NCBI GenBank assembly: GCA_016178585.1
Contig: JACOTA010000018.1
Span: 34,442 to 98,441 of the forward strand
DNA from: Nitrospirota bacterium
GTDB taxonomy: Bacteria; Nitrospirota; Nitrospiria; JACQBW01
Reading direction: 5' to 3'
Length of the DNA: 64,000 bases
Part shown: positions 36,755-48,313 of the stretch, piece after piece
Layout: each line of letters begins with the position of its first letter
How positions within the stretch are numbered: position 1 is the first letter of the stretch
Notes under the pieces: model-generated
The model's database searches: none
What the model saw: only the letters and a program-made list of their open reading frames with translations
Told to the model about the DNA's origin: nothing
Translations under genes and position numbers: made by a program

Positions 36755-38832
36755 ATTATTTTCACGGCCTCCTTCTTAAGGCGGCGGCTATTTATCACAC
36801 CTATCTTAACGATCATCCGGATTTTCATGATTTCATGGAGGATTTTACCCGTCAGGCCCAATTTTACTGGAATGAAATTATTCAAAACACGCCGAATTGG
36901 TTAAAACTTTCTTTGGCGGTCTTGATTGCCGGTGAAACAGTTCTGATTTTCGTGAGGATATTTATTGATTCTTCTTTGGTCGGGTGGGTTTTGAAAATTT
37001 TGCCCCGGGCGTTTTACCGAAAAACAATCATTAAGAGAGCGGAGCGTTTCGCAAAAAATCAGAAATATCTCCAGGCCGGCAAACTTTATGAAACGGTTGA
37101 AGAATATTCCCGCGCGGTTGCCATGTTTGTAAAAGGGGAAAATTACCACCGGCCGGCGTTAATCTATGTTAAATTAGGGAAATACCGTGAGGCGGCCCGG
37201 GTTTGTGAGGAGGGGAAGGAATATCGCGAAGCCGCCAGGTATTACGAAAAGGAAGGGCTTTATCTGAAGGCCGGAGAAATGTATCGCCATTTAAAGGAAT
37301 TTCTGCAGGCGGCTGAAAATTTTGAAAAGGTCGTTTCGGCTCTGGAGAACGAAACGCCTTCGGAGGAAAATACAAGGAAAATTCAGGAAATTTCAGCAAG
37401 CGCGGGAGACCTTTTCTTTAAAGCAAAGGAATACCGGAAGGCCGGATTTTTTCTGGAAAAGGCCGGCCTTTTTGAGCAGTCGGCTTTGGCCTTTTCAAAA
37501 GCAAAGAAGCCTCTTTTAACGGCAAGGTCGCTTGAGTCCGGCGGTAAATTTAAAGAGGCGGCAAAACTCTACCTGGCGGAAGGGGAGCGGGAAAACGCCG
37601 CGCTTTGTTTTGAAAAAGGGGGGGCATTTTTTGAAGCCGGGGATATTTTTAATCAAATGGGAAATACGGATCGGGCAATCAGTCTTTATCAAAAAATAAC
37701 CTCAAATTCAAAGAATTATGAACAGGCGTCTCTTCTCCTGGGCGGCTTATTCCAGAAAAAAGGGATGCTGGGCCCGGCGAGAGAAAAATATCAAAGATTA
37801 ATCGAAAGGAAATCGGTTGCCCGGGAAAACCTTGAAACCTTTTATAATTTGGCGCTGTTAACCGAAAAAATCGGAGATTTGCATGAAGCGGTTTCTCTGT
37901 ATGAAAAAATTTTAGCTGAAGATCTAAGCTATAAAGATGTTCCCGCGAGGCTTGAACAACTAGGGGAGAAAGTCAAACAGGCCTCCGCTCTAACCCCGGA
38001 GGAGACTGAGGCCCACACGGTTACCAGCCGGTATAAAATCCTCAATGAGCTGGGGAGGGGTGGAATGGGAATTGTTTACCGCGCGGAGGATACCGTCTTA
38101 AAGAGAATTGTGGCCTACAAGATTTTACCCGATTCCTTTAAGAATAACCCCCAGTTTTTGGAAAGCTTTATGCTTGAGGCGCGAACCGCGGCCGCTTTGA
38201 ATCACCCGAATATTGTGACAATTTATGATACCGGCAAAGTGGGAAGCGATTATTACATTACCATGGAATGTGTCGACGGAATGACCTTGAAAGACCTTTT
38301 GGTCAAAACCAGGGGGGGAGTTCCGATCCGCATCGTGATGGCAATTGCCAGACAGCTTTGCCTTGGGTTAGAATACGCTCACGATAAAAATGTGATTCAT
38401 CGGGACATTAAACCGGCTAATTTAATGCTCACGAAGGATAAAATGGTTAAAATTATGGATTTCGGTTTGGCGAAGCTCGTTCATGAAGGGTTGAGCGAGA
38501 AAACCACCGTAAAGGGGACTCCCTACTACATGTCGCCTGAACAGATTTTGGGAAAAAACGTGGATGCCCAAACCGATTTGTATGCCCTGGGATGCACGCT
38601 TTATCATTTATTAGCCGGCCGGCCTCCCTTTACCGAAGGGGATATTTATTATCACCATCTCCATTCGATCCCCGAGTCTCCCAAAAGATATAATGAAAAA
38701 ATCCCGGACGCCCTGGCAAATATCATTTTAAAAAGTTTGGAAAAAGATAAAACAGCCCGTTATCGTCATCCCGGGGAATTGTTGAATGCCCTGGCCCTTA
38801 TCAATGAAAATGAACCGGTAAAGGCCGTTTGA
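36751..38832 (+). CDS. Ser/Thr protein kinase with N-terminal TM helix and multiple TPR-like repeats preceding a C-terminal Hanks kinase domain
   Basis: TPR-like repeats (AGKLYE..EEYSRAVAMF, AARYYEKEGLYLKAGEMY, AAKLYLAEGERENAALCF); kinase GRGGMGIVYRA, AYKIL, HRDIKPANLML, DFGLAKL, GTPYYMSPE. Confidence 0.85.
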   Translation: MNYFHGLLLKAAAIYHTYLNDHPDFHDFMEDFTRQAQFYWNEIIQNTPNWLKLSLAVLIAGETVLIFVRIFIDSSLVGWVLKILPRAFYRKTIIKRAERFAKNQKYLQAGKLYETVEEYSRAVAMFVKGENYHRPALIYVKLGKYREAARVCEEGKEYREAARYYEKEGLYLKAGEMYRHLKEFLQAAENFEKVVSALENETPSEENTRKIQEISASAGDLFFKAKEYRKAGFFLEKAGLFEQSALAFSKAKKPLLTARSLESGGKFKEAAKLYLAEGERENAALCFEKGGAFFEAGDIFNQMGNTDRAISLYQKITSNSKNYEQASLLLGGLFQKKGMLGPAREKYQRLIERKSVARENLETFYNLALLTEKIGDLHEAVSLYEKILAEDLSYKDVPARLEQLGEKVKQASALTPEETEAHTVTSRYKILNELGRGGMGIVYRAEDTVLKRIVAYKILPDSFKNNPQFLESFMLEARTAAALNHPNIVTIYDTGKVGSDYYITMECVDGMTLKDLLVKTRGGVPIRIVMAIARQLCLGLEYAHDKNVIHRDIKPANLMLTKDKMVKIMDFGLAKLVHEGLSEKTTVKGTPYYMSPEQILGKNVDAQTDLYALGCTLYHLLAGRPPFTEGDIYYHHLHSIPESPKRYNEKIPDALANIILKSLEKDKTARYRHPGELLNALALINENEPVKAV

Positions 38833-39914
38833 TGCCGGAAATAAGCATCCCCTCCCTTAAAACATTTTTTGAAAAAAAAACCTATTCGGCGTCGTTCGTG
38901 AACACGCTCTTTCGGAAATTAAAAGAAAAAAAAGAAGAGCGTATTGATGTGATGTTCGGAGAGTCTCCCAGGAAAAAACTTTATCTGGTTGCGATGGAGG
39001 GAGAGCCTCTGGGAGCTTTTTATCTTGAAAAAAACGCTTTCCATGCCATCAGTGGCAAAGATTACTTCAATTTACTGGGGTCCCTTCCGGAAGTGAGCCT
39101 GTCTTATTACGCGGTCGATCCTGTTTTTGCGAAATGTCTTCTGATTCCGTCGCAAAATAAGCCAGCCTACCGTGGAGGGATCAATGGACAGGAGCTTAAA
39201 AAAAAGATTGATATTCTCAAGAACGATCAAAATGAAAATATGATTCTTTTAAGAAATCAAAACGAAGTCAGTTTTTTTTATTTTAAATACGGGAAAGGCG
39301 TCGAATCTTATTTTCATCACCCCGATAAAAGACCTGCCGAAAAAGAGATCGGAGATCAGTTTTTAGTCTATGTGTTAAGTCATGATCTTTCCCTCCTGAC
39401 GATGGAAATTTACCATAACGCCCGGGTGATCCCCTTGTTGGAACATCCTCTCACAAAGGATGATGTCGCGGGAGGAATTATTGAACATTTCCTGAACCAA
39501 AAGCCAAAACCGACCTCGGCCGACAAGATGGATTTCGAACCGGATTCTGCGCTTTTTTTATTTGACTCTTCACCTCCCGTGTCAGGGCAAAATAGCGCCG
39601 GGGAGTCTTTCTCCCCGAAAGGGAAAGGAAAATGGTATTTGGAGCTGGTGGGCGGCGAACAGATGGGCAGGCGGGTCGTGTTGAACAAACCCCGGCTCAC
39701 CATTGGAAGAATGAAAGCCGATCTGATGTTGGGAGACGTGAAGATTTCAAGACAGCATGCCATCATTGAATTAACCGATCAGGGATATCGTTTAACCGAT
39801 TTGGGAAGCAGTAACGGGAGTTTTGTCAATGGCCAATCGATTAAAACCCAGCTCCTCAAACCGGCTGATATCATTCGGGTGGGGGGGACACTGATTAAGA
39901 TCCTCGTTGAGTAG
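38829..39914 (+). CDS. Protein with N-terminal domain of unknown function and C-terminal FHA domain
   Basis: LTIGRMKADLMLGDVKISRQHAIIELTDQGYRLTDLGSSNGSFVNGQ; overlaps the kinase stop by 4 nt. Confidence 0.75.
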   Translation: MMPEISIPSLKTFFEKKTYSASFVNTLFRKLKEKKEERIDVMFGESPRKKLYLVAMEGEPLGAFYLEKNAFHAISGKDYFNLLGSLPEVSLSYYAVDPVFAKCLLIPSQNKPAYRGGINGQELKKKIDILKNDQNENMILLRNQNEVSFFYFKYGKGVESYFHHPDKRPAEKEIGDQFLVYVLSHDLSLLTMEIYHNARVIPLLEHPLTKDDVAGGIIEHFLNQKPKPTSADKMDFEPDSALFLFDSSPPVSGQNSAGESFSPKGKGKWYLELVGGEQMGRRVVLNKPRLTIGRMKADLMLGDVKISRQHAIIELTDQGYRLTDLGSSNGSFVNGQSIKTQLLKPADIIRVGGTLIKILVE

Positions 39915-39934
39915 TTCCTGGCCGTTGATAAGAG

Positions 39935-40076
39935 CCCAGGAACAGAGATAGGATTTGCAACTCCTTGTTTTGCCTGTCATCGCGAGCGCCCGCAGGGTGC
40001 GTGGCGATCTCGGTTCACGATGGCGAGATTGCTTCGCTTCGCTCGCAATGACAACTTTCTATTTCTGTTCTTGGGT
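39935..40076. mobile_element. Complete MITE with TIRs (CCCAGGAACAGAGATAG ... CTATTTCTGTTCTTGGG)
   Basis: About 95% identical to 25985-26124. Confidence 0.85.
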
Positions 40077-40236
40077 AAGAGGCCATCTGTTGCGTTCTCG
40101 CCTTTCGGCCTCTTCGACGCACCCAACCACGTACGCCTGCGTCGTCCTCAAGGCTGCGGCCTTACAGCTGACCTCTTCTGAACGGCCAGTGTGTTTATCC
40201 GTTGTTTTTCCCCATTTTTTATTTCTATAATAAACC

Positions 40237-42357
40237 ATGATCAATGATTCAAATACCAGGACTCTTCAGGTTGCCATTGGCAAGATGGATTGTCCGGATT
40301 GCGGCTTGAAAATTGAAAAACGGCTGCACCGGGTCAAAGGCGTCGAATCCGCCGAGGTTAATTTTTTAACCGCGCGGCTCACCGTTAAATACCAGCCCAT
40401 ACAGATCAATCCCCGTGCCATCTCGCGCGAGGTCGAAAAATTGGGCTATACCGTTAAAGACCCGGAATCCCCCGAAAAACCGGGGCCAGGGTCTTTTTTC
40501 CAAAAGCCTGTCTTTTCTACCTTCCTTTCAGGGGGGTTGACCGTCGGAGGAGTCATCTCATCTTTTTTATTTTCCTCCCAAATTTCTACGGTTTTTTATT
40601 TAATGGCGGTTTTTTTAGGCGGCTATCCTATCGCGCGAAAGGGCCTGCTTTCGCTGAAACAGCGGATCACCGACATGAACGTTCTCATGACTCTGGCTGT
40701 TTTTGGGGCGGTCCTTCTTCGCGATTATTTGGAAGGGGCATCGGTGGTTTTTCTATTTTCCCTTGCCCAGTGGCTTGAAACCCGCAGTGTTGACCGGAGT
40801 CGAAAAGCGATTGGCCGTTTGATTGACTATACGCCCGTCCGGGTAACGGTTTCCCGGGAAGGCGCGGACCAACGGGTCGATGGCGAACAGGTTAAAGCGG
40901 GGGAACGGGTCATTGTTCGTCCCGGGGAAATCCTTCCGTTTGATGGAAAAATTGTAAAAGGGATTTCAAGCGTCAATCAGGCTTCTATGACGGGAGAATC
41001 TCTGCCGGTCGATAAAAAAGAAAGAGACGAAGTTTATGCCGGGACTCTGAACCTCACCGGTGTCCTTGAAATCGAGGTGACTCATCTCTGGAAAGAAAGC
41101 CGGATGGCCCGGATTATCCACCTCGTAGAGGAATCGTCGGGGAGGAAAGCCTCCTCTCAGCGGTTCGTCGACCTCTTTTCAAAATATTACACGCCATGGG
41201 TCATTTCTTTTGCGGTTTTTATTGCTGTGGCGCCCCCTCTTTTTTTTCATGAAAACTTAAATACCTGGTTTTACAGGGCGCTGGTGCTTGTCGTCATCGC
41301 CTGTCCGTGCGCGCTCGTCATTTCAACGCCGGTGACAATTATTTCGGGTTTGTCCGCAGCCGCAAGGAAAGGGATCCTCATTAAGGGAGGTTTGTTTCTC
41401 GAAGAGTTGGGAAGGATTAAAACTTTTGTTTTTGATAAGACCGGAACCCTGACGACCGGTATTGCCGGGGTCAAAGAGGTGATTCCATTTTCCGGAACTG
41501 CCGAATCTCTGATCCGGATAGCGGCTTCACTTGAAAAACACGCAAAGCACCCCGTCGCCGGGGCCATCGTTGAATATGCCAATCGGATGGGGACGCCGGA
41601 ATTGCCGCTTAAGGATTTTCAATCTTTTCCCGGATTGGGCGCGAAGGGGGTATTGGCCGGCGAGACGTATTTTATTGGCAATCATCGGTTTTTTGAAGAA
41701 CAGGGGTTTTGTTCCGAAAAAATAGAATCTTCTCTTTTTCCTTTAGAGGCTCAGGGGAAAACCACTGTTTTAATTGGAAATGAAAGAGAGGTCCTGGGAA
41801 TCATTGCGGTTTCAGACTCCCTTAGGCCCGAGACCGCGCAAAGTTTGAGGGAACTAAGAACGGAAGGTGTAGAAAATATTTCCATGATGACAGGAGATAA
41901 TGCCGTTAATGCTTCTCTGGTCGCTTCTCGGATCGGACTGGATGAAGTTTACGCCGAAATGATGCCGGATGAAAAAGCAAATACGATCGGACAGTTAAGA
42001 AAAAAATTCGAAAAAGTAGCCATGGTAGGGGATGGGATTAATGATGCCCCGGCCCTGGCCGCCGCGACGGTTGGGATTGCCATGGGGGAGAAGGGAACGG
42101 AGGTTTCCATGGAAACGGCTGATGTGGTTTTAATGTCTGATAATCTGTTAAAACTTCCGTTTGCCGTTCGATTGGGAAAACAAACGCTTCGTCTGATCAA
42201 ACAGAATGTTGCGCTGGCCATTGGCATTAAAGCGGTTTTTCTTATTCTGGCGATAGCGGGACTTTCAACGCTCTGGATGGCGGTCGCCGCGGATATGGGC
42301 GTGTCTTTGCTGGTGATTGCGAATGGCATGAGAATCACCTTCCTCCGCCCGTCTTAG
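40237..42357 (+). CDS. Heavy-metal-translocating P1B-type ATPase (Zn/Cd/Pb-type, CPC motif)
   Basis: HMA domain GKMDCPDCGLKIE; TM CPC: IACPCALVISTP; DKTGTLT; GDGINDAPAL. Confidence 0.9.
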   Translation: MINDSNTRTLQVAIGKMDCPDCGLKIEKRLHRVKGVESAEVNFLTARLTVKYQPIQINPRAISREVEKLGYTVKDPESPEKPGPGSFFQKPVFSTFLSGGLTVGGVISSFLFSSQISTVFYLMAVFLGGYPIARKGLLSLKQRITDMNVLMTLAVFGAVLLRDYLEGASVVFLFSLAQWLETRSVDRSRKAIGRLIDYTPVRVTVSREGADQRVDGEQVKAGERVIVRPGEILPFDGKIVKGISSVNQASMTGESLPVDKKERDEVYAGTLNLTGVLEIEVTHLWKESRMARIIHLVEESSGRKASSQRFVDLFSKYYTPWVISFAVFIAVAPPLFFHENLNTWFYRALVLVVIACPCALVISTPVTIISGLSAAARKGILIKGGLFLEELGRIKTFVFDKTGTLTTGIAGVKEVIPFSGTAESLIRIAASLEKHAKHPVAGAIVEYANRMGTPELPLKDFQSFPGLGAKGVLAGETYFIGNHRFFEEQGFCSEKIESSLFPLEAQGKTTVLIGNEREVLGIIAVSDSLRPETAQSLRELRTEGVENISMMTGDNAVNASLVASRIGLDEVYAEMMPDEKANTIGQLRKKFEKVAMVGDGINDAPALAAATVGIAMGEKGTEVSMETADVVLMSDNLLKLPFAVRLGKQTLRLIKQNVALAIGIKAVFLILAIAGLSTLWMAVAADMGVSLLVIANGMRITFLRPS

Positions 42358-42380
42358 GCTGTTGAAAAAGTCCTTAAAAC

Positions 42381-42472
42381 GTCATTCTGAGTCCTCGCTT
42401 GTCATTGCGAACGAAGTGAAGCAATCTCAGTAGTGGATTACTTCGTCGCAGAAAACGCTTCTCGTAATGACA
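42381..42472. mobile_element. Diverged MITE family A element
   Basis: GTCATTCTGAGTCCTCGC + TGTCATTGCGAACGAAGTGAAGCAATCTCAG...CTTCTCGTAATGACA. Confidence 0.7.
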
Positions 42473-42519
42473 GCTCTAAGGTTTTTTCATGTTATCTGCT
42501 GATTTTTGATTGGGTTTGT

Positions 42520-43323
42520 TTACCGATTAGATTGAAGTTTTTTCTGAATAAGATCGGCTCCCTTTTTACCCGACAGAAGCATTGACCCAAACGCGGGGCC
42601 CATTCTGGGAGTTCCGAAAACAGCGGCGACAGAAAGCCCAACCAAAAAGAGGTTGGGATAAACTTCCCCTGTCTTTTCCATGATACATTCTTCTGATTTT
42701 GCGACCCACATCGGACCATTGCCGGGTACATTTTTATACAGGCCACGTTTAGCCAATAACTGAACGGCGATGGCATCGTGGCCGGTGGCATCAACCACAA
42801 TCTTGCCTTCAAGGCCTATCGGGTCGACATGAGCCGTCCCTTTTGGCATTTCATAGATCGGGGCGTAGTTGACGACGACCCCTTCCACGTTATTATTTTC
42901 TCCCCGGATGATTAAATCGCGAAGAACCGTTAAATTAAGGACTTTAATTCCGGCATCAAAGGCGCTTCCAATGAGTTTGGAGCAGGCATGAGGCGCATCG
43001 ACGATATACATCTCTTTCGTCATTTTTTTGCAGGGAACGCCGATTTTTTCAAGGATTTCCTGGGCGGGGGCGGCAATGGTTGTTTTGTTCATCAGATAGC
43101 CACCCGACCAGAACCCTCCGCCAAGATGATTGGTCTGCTCGATGATCAGGACTTTTACTCCGGAAGAAGCCAGTTCCTTTCCGCAAACCAGACCTGAAGG
43201 TCCCGCACCGATAATGATGACATCCGATTCCACCAGAGAGTCAAATTGCTGATAAAACTCTCTGGCAATAGCCCGGGTAATCTCTTTTTCATAGGTGGGT
43301 GCAATTTTGTAGGGATCAAGCAT
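42520..43323 (-). CDS. thi4: Thiazole synthase, Thi4/THI1 family
   Basis: Dinucleotide-binding fold DVIIIGAGPSGLVCGKEL; ...VVDATGHDA; length 267 aa. Confidence 0.8.
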   Translation of the reverse strand: MLDPYKIAPTYEKEITRAIAREFYQQFDSLVESDVIIIGAGPSGLVCGKELASSGVKVLIIEQTNHLGGGFWSGGYLMNKTTIAAPAQEILEKIGVPCKKMTKEMYIVDAPHACSKLIGSAFDAGIKVLNLTVLRDLIIRGENNNVEGVVVNYAPIYEMPKGTAHVDPIGLEGKIVVDATGHDAIAVQLLAKRGLYKNVPGNGPMWVAKSEECIMEKTGEVYPNLFLVGLSVAAVFGTPRMGPAFGSMLLSGKKGADLIQKKLQSNR

Positions 43324-44004
43324 GGTTTAATCCTAGCTTAGAGTCACCCGCCAAGTCAAGATTCTTGCCCACCCCCAGTTTTATCCCAAAGAACCGAGAC
43401 CAAGGCCGGGGGAGGGGGTTGGAGGAATGGGGCGTACGCCAAACAACCCTTTAAGAGACAAACGTGCCTGCCTGAAGTGCGTCTCATGAGCATTTCAGGC
43501 CATTGCAATCACGACAGAGGAGACACTAACGGGAGACGTTTTGACCCGTGACGGAAACTCCCTCCCCTGGCCTGAAAAAACGAATATTTTAAAAAACTGG
43601 GGGTGGCAAGAGCGGAGATTTATTCTTTCCCTGTTTTTTGGATTTATGGGAAACAATTTGCCACTTTCTTATCAATTTCATTAAAAAAATCAATTGATTG
43701 ACTAAAATTCTGCTCCTACTGCAATATTTTTAAATAAAATTATTAAATTTCAATGGGTTATAGGTTTGGCAAAGAAATTGCTATATACTCTCATGATAGT
43801 CTTGTGGTAATATCATTTTTATTTTTAGGGAGAGGTCATTTTGGGAGAATTATTGATTGTTTTGTCATTTTGCTTGGTTGTAACTTTACACAAATATCTT
43901 TAAGTTTTTTTAATTCACTTCCCCCCATCAATCCAGTCCAAAATAAAGACGACTGTTTTTATTTGACTTCCATTCAAACAGCATATTAAGATAAAAACCT
44001 AAAC

Positions 44005-44147
44005 ATTTCGCAAGGGGTGCCGGCGGCTGAGAGTCTTTCAAAAGAGAGGACAACCCTTTGAACCTGATCTGGATAATGCCAGCGAAGGGAAGCGGTTAAA
44101 AGAATAACGAAAACCGTGTCTCCGATGGCTGACGCGGTTTTTTTTTG
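44005..44147 (+). promoter_or_regulatory. TPP (THI-box) riboswitch with intrinsic-terminator expression platform, upstream of thiC
   Basis: GGGGTGCC...GCTGAGAG...AACCCTTTGAACCTGATCTGGATAATGCCAGCGAAGGGAA (44014-44094), then ACCGTGTC...GACGCGGT + T9 (44112-44147). Confidence 0.85.
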
Positions 44148-44242
44148 TCCTTTTGTTTATCAGGTCGCTTTAATGATTAGGTTAGGATGCGAAGATTCGG
44201 CTTTGCCGATCTGAGCGCGGGGTTCGGGGGCAGAAAAAAGAT

Positions 44243-44280
44243 AGCTTCGCTGCGGAATCGCTCGCGAGCAAGCTTTGTGG
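44243..44280. repeat. Repeat family C (AGCTTCGCTGCGGAATCGCTCGCGAGCAAGCTTTGTG) between the thiC riboswitch terminator and the thiC start
   Basis: Other copies at 61748-61785 (same orientation) and 58398-58437 (inverse). Confidence 0.75.
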
Positions 44281-44303
44281 CACAGGCCCCCGAGTAGAAT
44301 TAG

Positions 44304-46211
<1,908 letters not shown>

Positions 46212-46216
46212 TCTTT

Positions 46217-46567
46217 CTAGTTCTTCGTGTGAGACGCGGTAACGACAGTGTGGATGCCCCCTCTGACGAAAAAGTCTCCTGCCACTTTCATAAAACGGGG
46301 CTGGATCGCCTGAACGAGATCATCCAGTATTTTGTTGGTCACGGCTTCGTGAAAAGCCCCTTCATTTCGGTAAGACCATAAATAAAGTTTCAGCGATTTT
46401 AACTCGACACAAAACTGGTCTGGAATATAATTGATCCGAATGACGGCAAAGTCCGGCTGGCCGGTTCTGGGACAAAGGCAGGTAAATTCCGGGCATTCAA
46501 ATTGGATTTCATAATCCCTTTTCGGCTGAGGATTGGGGAAAACCTCGAGTTTTCCTAAATTCTTCAT
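46217..46567 (-). CDS. queF: NADPH-dependent 7-cyano-7-deazaguanine reductase
   Basis: [14 protein letters not shown]; ...ELKSLKLY; 116 aa unimodular type. Confidence 0.85.
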   Translation of the reverse strand: MKNLGKLEVFPNPQPKRDYEIQFECPEFTCLCPRTGQPDFAVIRINYIPDQFCVELKSLKLYLWSYRNEGAFHEAVTNKILDDLVQAIQPRFMKVAGDFFVRGGIHTVVTASHTKN

Positions 46568-46641
46568 TGATTAGTTCTCCTTAAATGATGTGATTTCCCT
46601 GCAAATGAATACAAACGTAAAAATAATTGTGACATGTTTCT

Positions 46642-46696
46642 TGTAGGGGCAATCCCCCGTGGTTGCCCAGGGCAGGCACAGGGGCCTGCCCCTACG
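46642..46696. repeat. Composite REP doublet (same variant as 36195)
   Basis: TTGTAGGGGCAATCCCCCGTGGTTGCCCAGGGCAGGCACAGGGGCCTGCCCCTACGA. Confidence 0.8.
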
Positions 46697-46727
46697 ATGA
46701 AACGTAACAACATTTAATACGTTTGTA

Positions 46728-47519
46728 TTAATTTCGGTTTAAGTCAAAAATAATGCTCAGGCCTCCAAGAGTCAGGTGAGGGTGGACCTTGTCAATGGCC
46801 CTGGTTTCCGAAGCAATCAATCCGGAAAGTCCTCCCGTGGCAATGACCGTTCCGTTTTCTTTCGTTTCCTTTTTTATTTGCTGGATTAATTTTTCGACCA
46901 ATCCGACATATCCAAAAATAATTCCAGACTGCATGCTGGTGATGGTGTCCGTTCCAATCACCCGATCAGGTTTGACCAGTTCGATCCTGGGAAGTTTGGC
47001 CGCTCGCTGAAACAGCGCTTCCGCCGAGATATTTAACCCGGGAGCAATGGCCCCTCCCCGGTAGACCCCTTTTTTTGAAAGACTGCAAAAGGTGGTGGCC
47101 GTACCAAAGTCGACAATAATCAAAGGCCCCCCGTAAAAATGGAATCCGGCAACAGCGTTGACAATCCGATCAGCGCCGATCTCAGCCGGATTCTCATATT
47201 GGAAGGTCAACCCCAGTTTGATCTGCGTGGTGACAACCTTTGGATCTGTATTGAAATATTTGACGGAAATTTCTTTAAAGATCGGGGTGAGGGGCGGGAC
47301 GACCGAGGAAATGATCGCCCCTCGAATTTCTTCTGGAAGAATTTTTTTTAATGAAAAGAGGTCTTCCATCAAGATGGCGTATTCGTCAACGGTTTTATGG
47401 GGATGGGTGGAAATTCGCCACTCCCCGATTAAATGTTTTTTTTGAAACAGGCCTAAAACAATGTTGGAGTTGCCGATGTCGATGGTGAGGAGCATGCTAA
47501 TTCCTTTAGATCCGGTCAT
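46728..47519 (-). CDS. coaX: Type III pantothenate kinase
   Basis: LLTIDIGNSNIVLGLF; GADRIVN; IIVDFGTATT. Confidence 0.85.
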   Translation of the reverse strand: MTGSKGISMLLTIDIGNSNIVLGLFQKKHLIGEWRISTHPHKTVDEYAILMEDLFSLKKILPEEIRGAIISSVVPPLTPIFKEISVKYFNTDPKVVTTQIKLGLTFQYENPAEIGADRIVNAVAGFHFYGGPLIIVDFGTATTFCSLSKKGVYRGGAIAPGLNISAEALFQRAAKLPRIELVKPDRVIGTDTITSMQSGIIFGYVGLVEKLIQQIKKETKENGTVIATGGLSGLIASETRAIDKVHPHLTLGGLSIIFDLNRN

Positions 47520-48313
47520 GGGGCAATATCGCCCGCCATAATGGTCATTCTGGTGAAATCTTTTTTTTCTAAAATTAAGCCGCCGTGAGGGTCCAGATCA
47601 ATAGCCGTACCTTCTAAAATCTGACCTCCCTGGCTGATCCTGACCTTTTTTCCCAGCGTATCGGAAAGCTTTTTCCATTCTGATGAAATCATTTGATGGC
47701 CTTTTTGATAAAATTGTTCAAGTTCCTTTTCGATTTCCTGAAGAAGGTCAGTCAAAAACAGCTCCCGGCAAACAGGGTGGCCTGTCTCTTTTTTCAAAGA
47801 CGTGGCGGTCTGAGAAATGGGGGAGGGAAATCGGCTCATATTGACATTGACGCCAATCCCCAAAATGAGATATTGAACCTGATTCCCTTCGGCATGAAGT
47901 TCGGTTAAGATTCCGGCAACCTTTTTGTCGTTGATCAGAATGTCATTGGGCCATTTTATTTTAGGCAAAAGCCCTGTGTAACCCTGAATGCTTTTTGCGG
48001 TTGCGACGCCTCCCAGGAGACTCATCCAGCTTGCCGTTTGCGGCGAAATGGGAGGTCTCAGGAGAAGTGAAAAATAAAGGTTGGCAAATGCGGGAGAGAT
48101 CCAGGTTCGGCCAAGCCGTCCTTTTCCAGCGGTCTGTTTGTCTGCAATGACCAGGGTGCCGTTAGGATTCCCCTTTTTACCGAGTTGTGCGGCCTGCAAA
48201 TTGGTCGAGTCGGTCGATTCCAGGTAAATCAGGGTTTTCCCGATTTCCTTCGTCCTCAGGGACTTAATAATCTGATCGATCTGAAGATGTTTTTTTAATT
48301 TTACGTCATCCAT
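47516..48313 (-). CDS. birA: Biotin--[acetyl-CoA-carboxylase] ligase
   Basis: GKGRLGRTWISP; KWPNDILI..KKVAGILTE. Confidence 0.8.
   Translation of the reverse strand: MDDVKLKKHLQIDQIIKSLRTKEIGKTLIYLESTDSTNLQAAQLGKKGNPNGTLVIADKQTAGKGRLGRTWISPAFANLYFSLLLRPPISPQTASWMSLLGGVATAKSIQGYTGLLPKIKWPNDILINDKKVAGILTELHAEGNQVQYLILGIGVNVNMSRFPSPISQTATSLKKETGHPVCRELFLTDLLQEIEKELEQFYQKGHQMISSEWKKLSDTLGKKVRISQGGQILEGTAIDLDPHGGLILEKKDFTRMTIMAGDIAP

Noticed and set aside
43324-43560. TPP riboswitch expected upstream of thi4 on the minus strand
   Set aside because: No GGGGTGC / CTGAGA / GAACCTGATCTGGATAATGCCAGCG-type elements were found on the minus strand, only a G-rich leader.
43753-43989. 78-aa ORF in the AT-rich island
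   Set aside because: It has no RBS and a composition typical of random AT-rich DNA. The island is more likely regulatory or non-coding.
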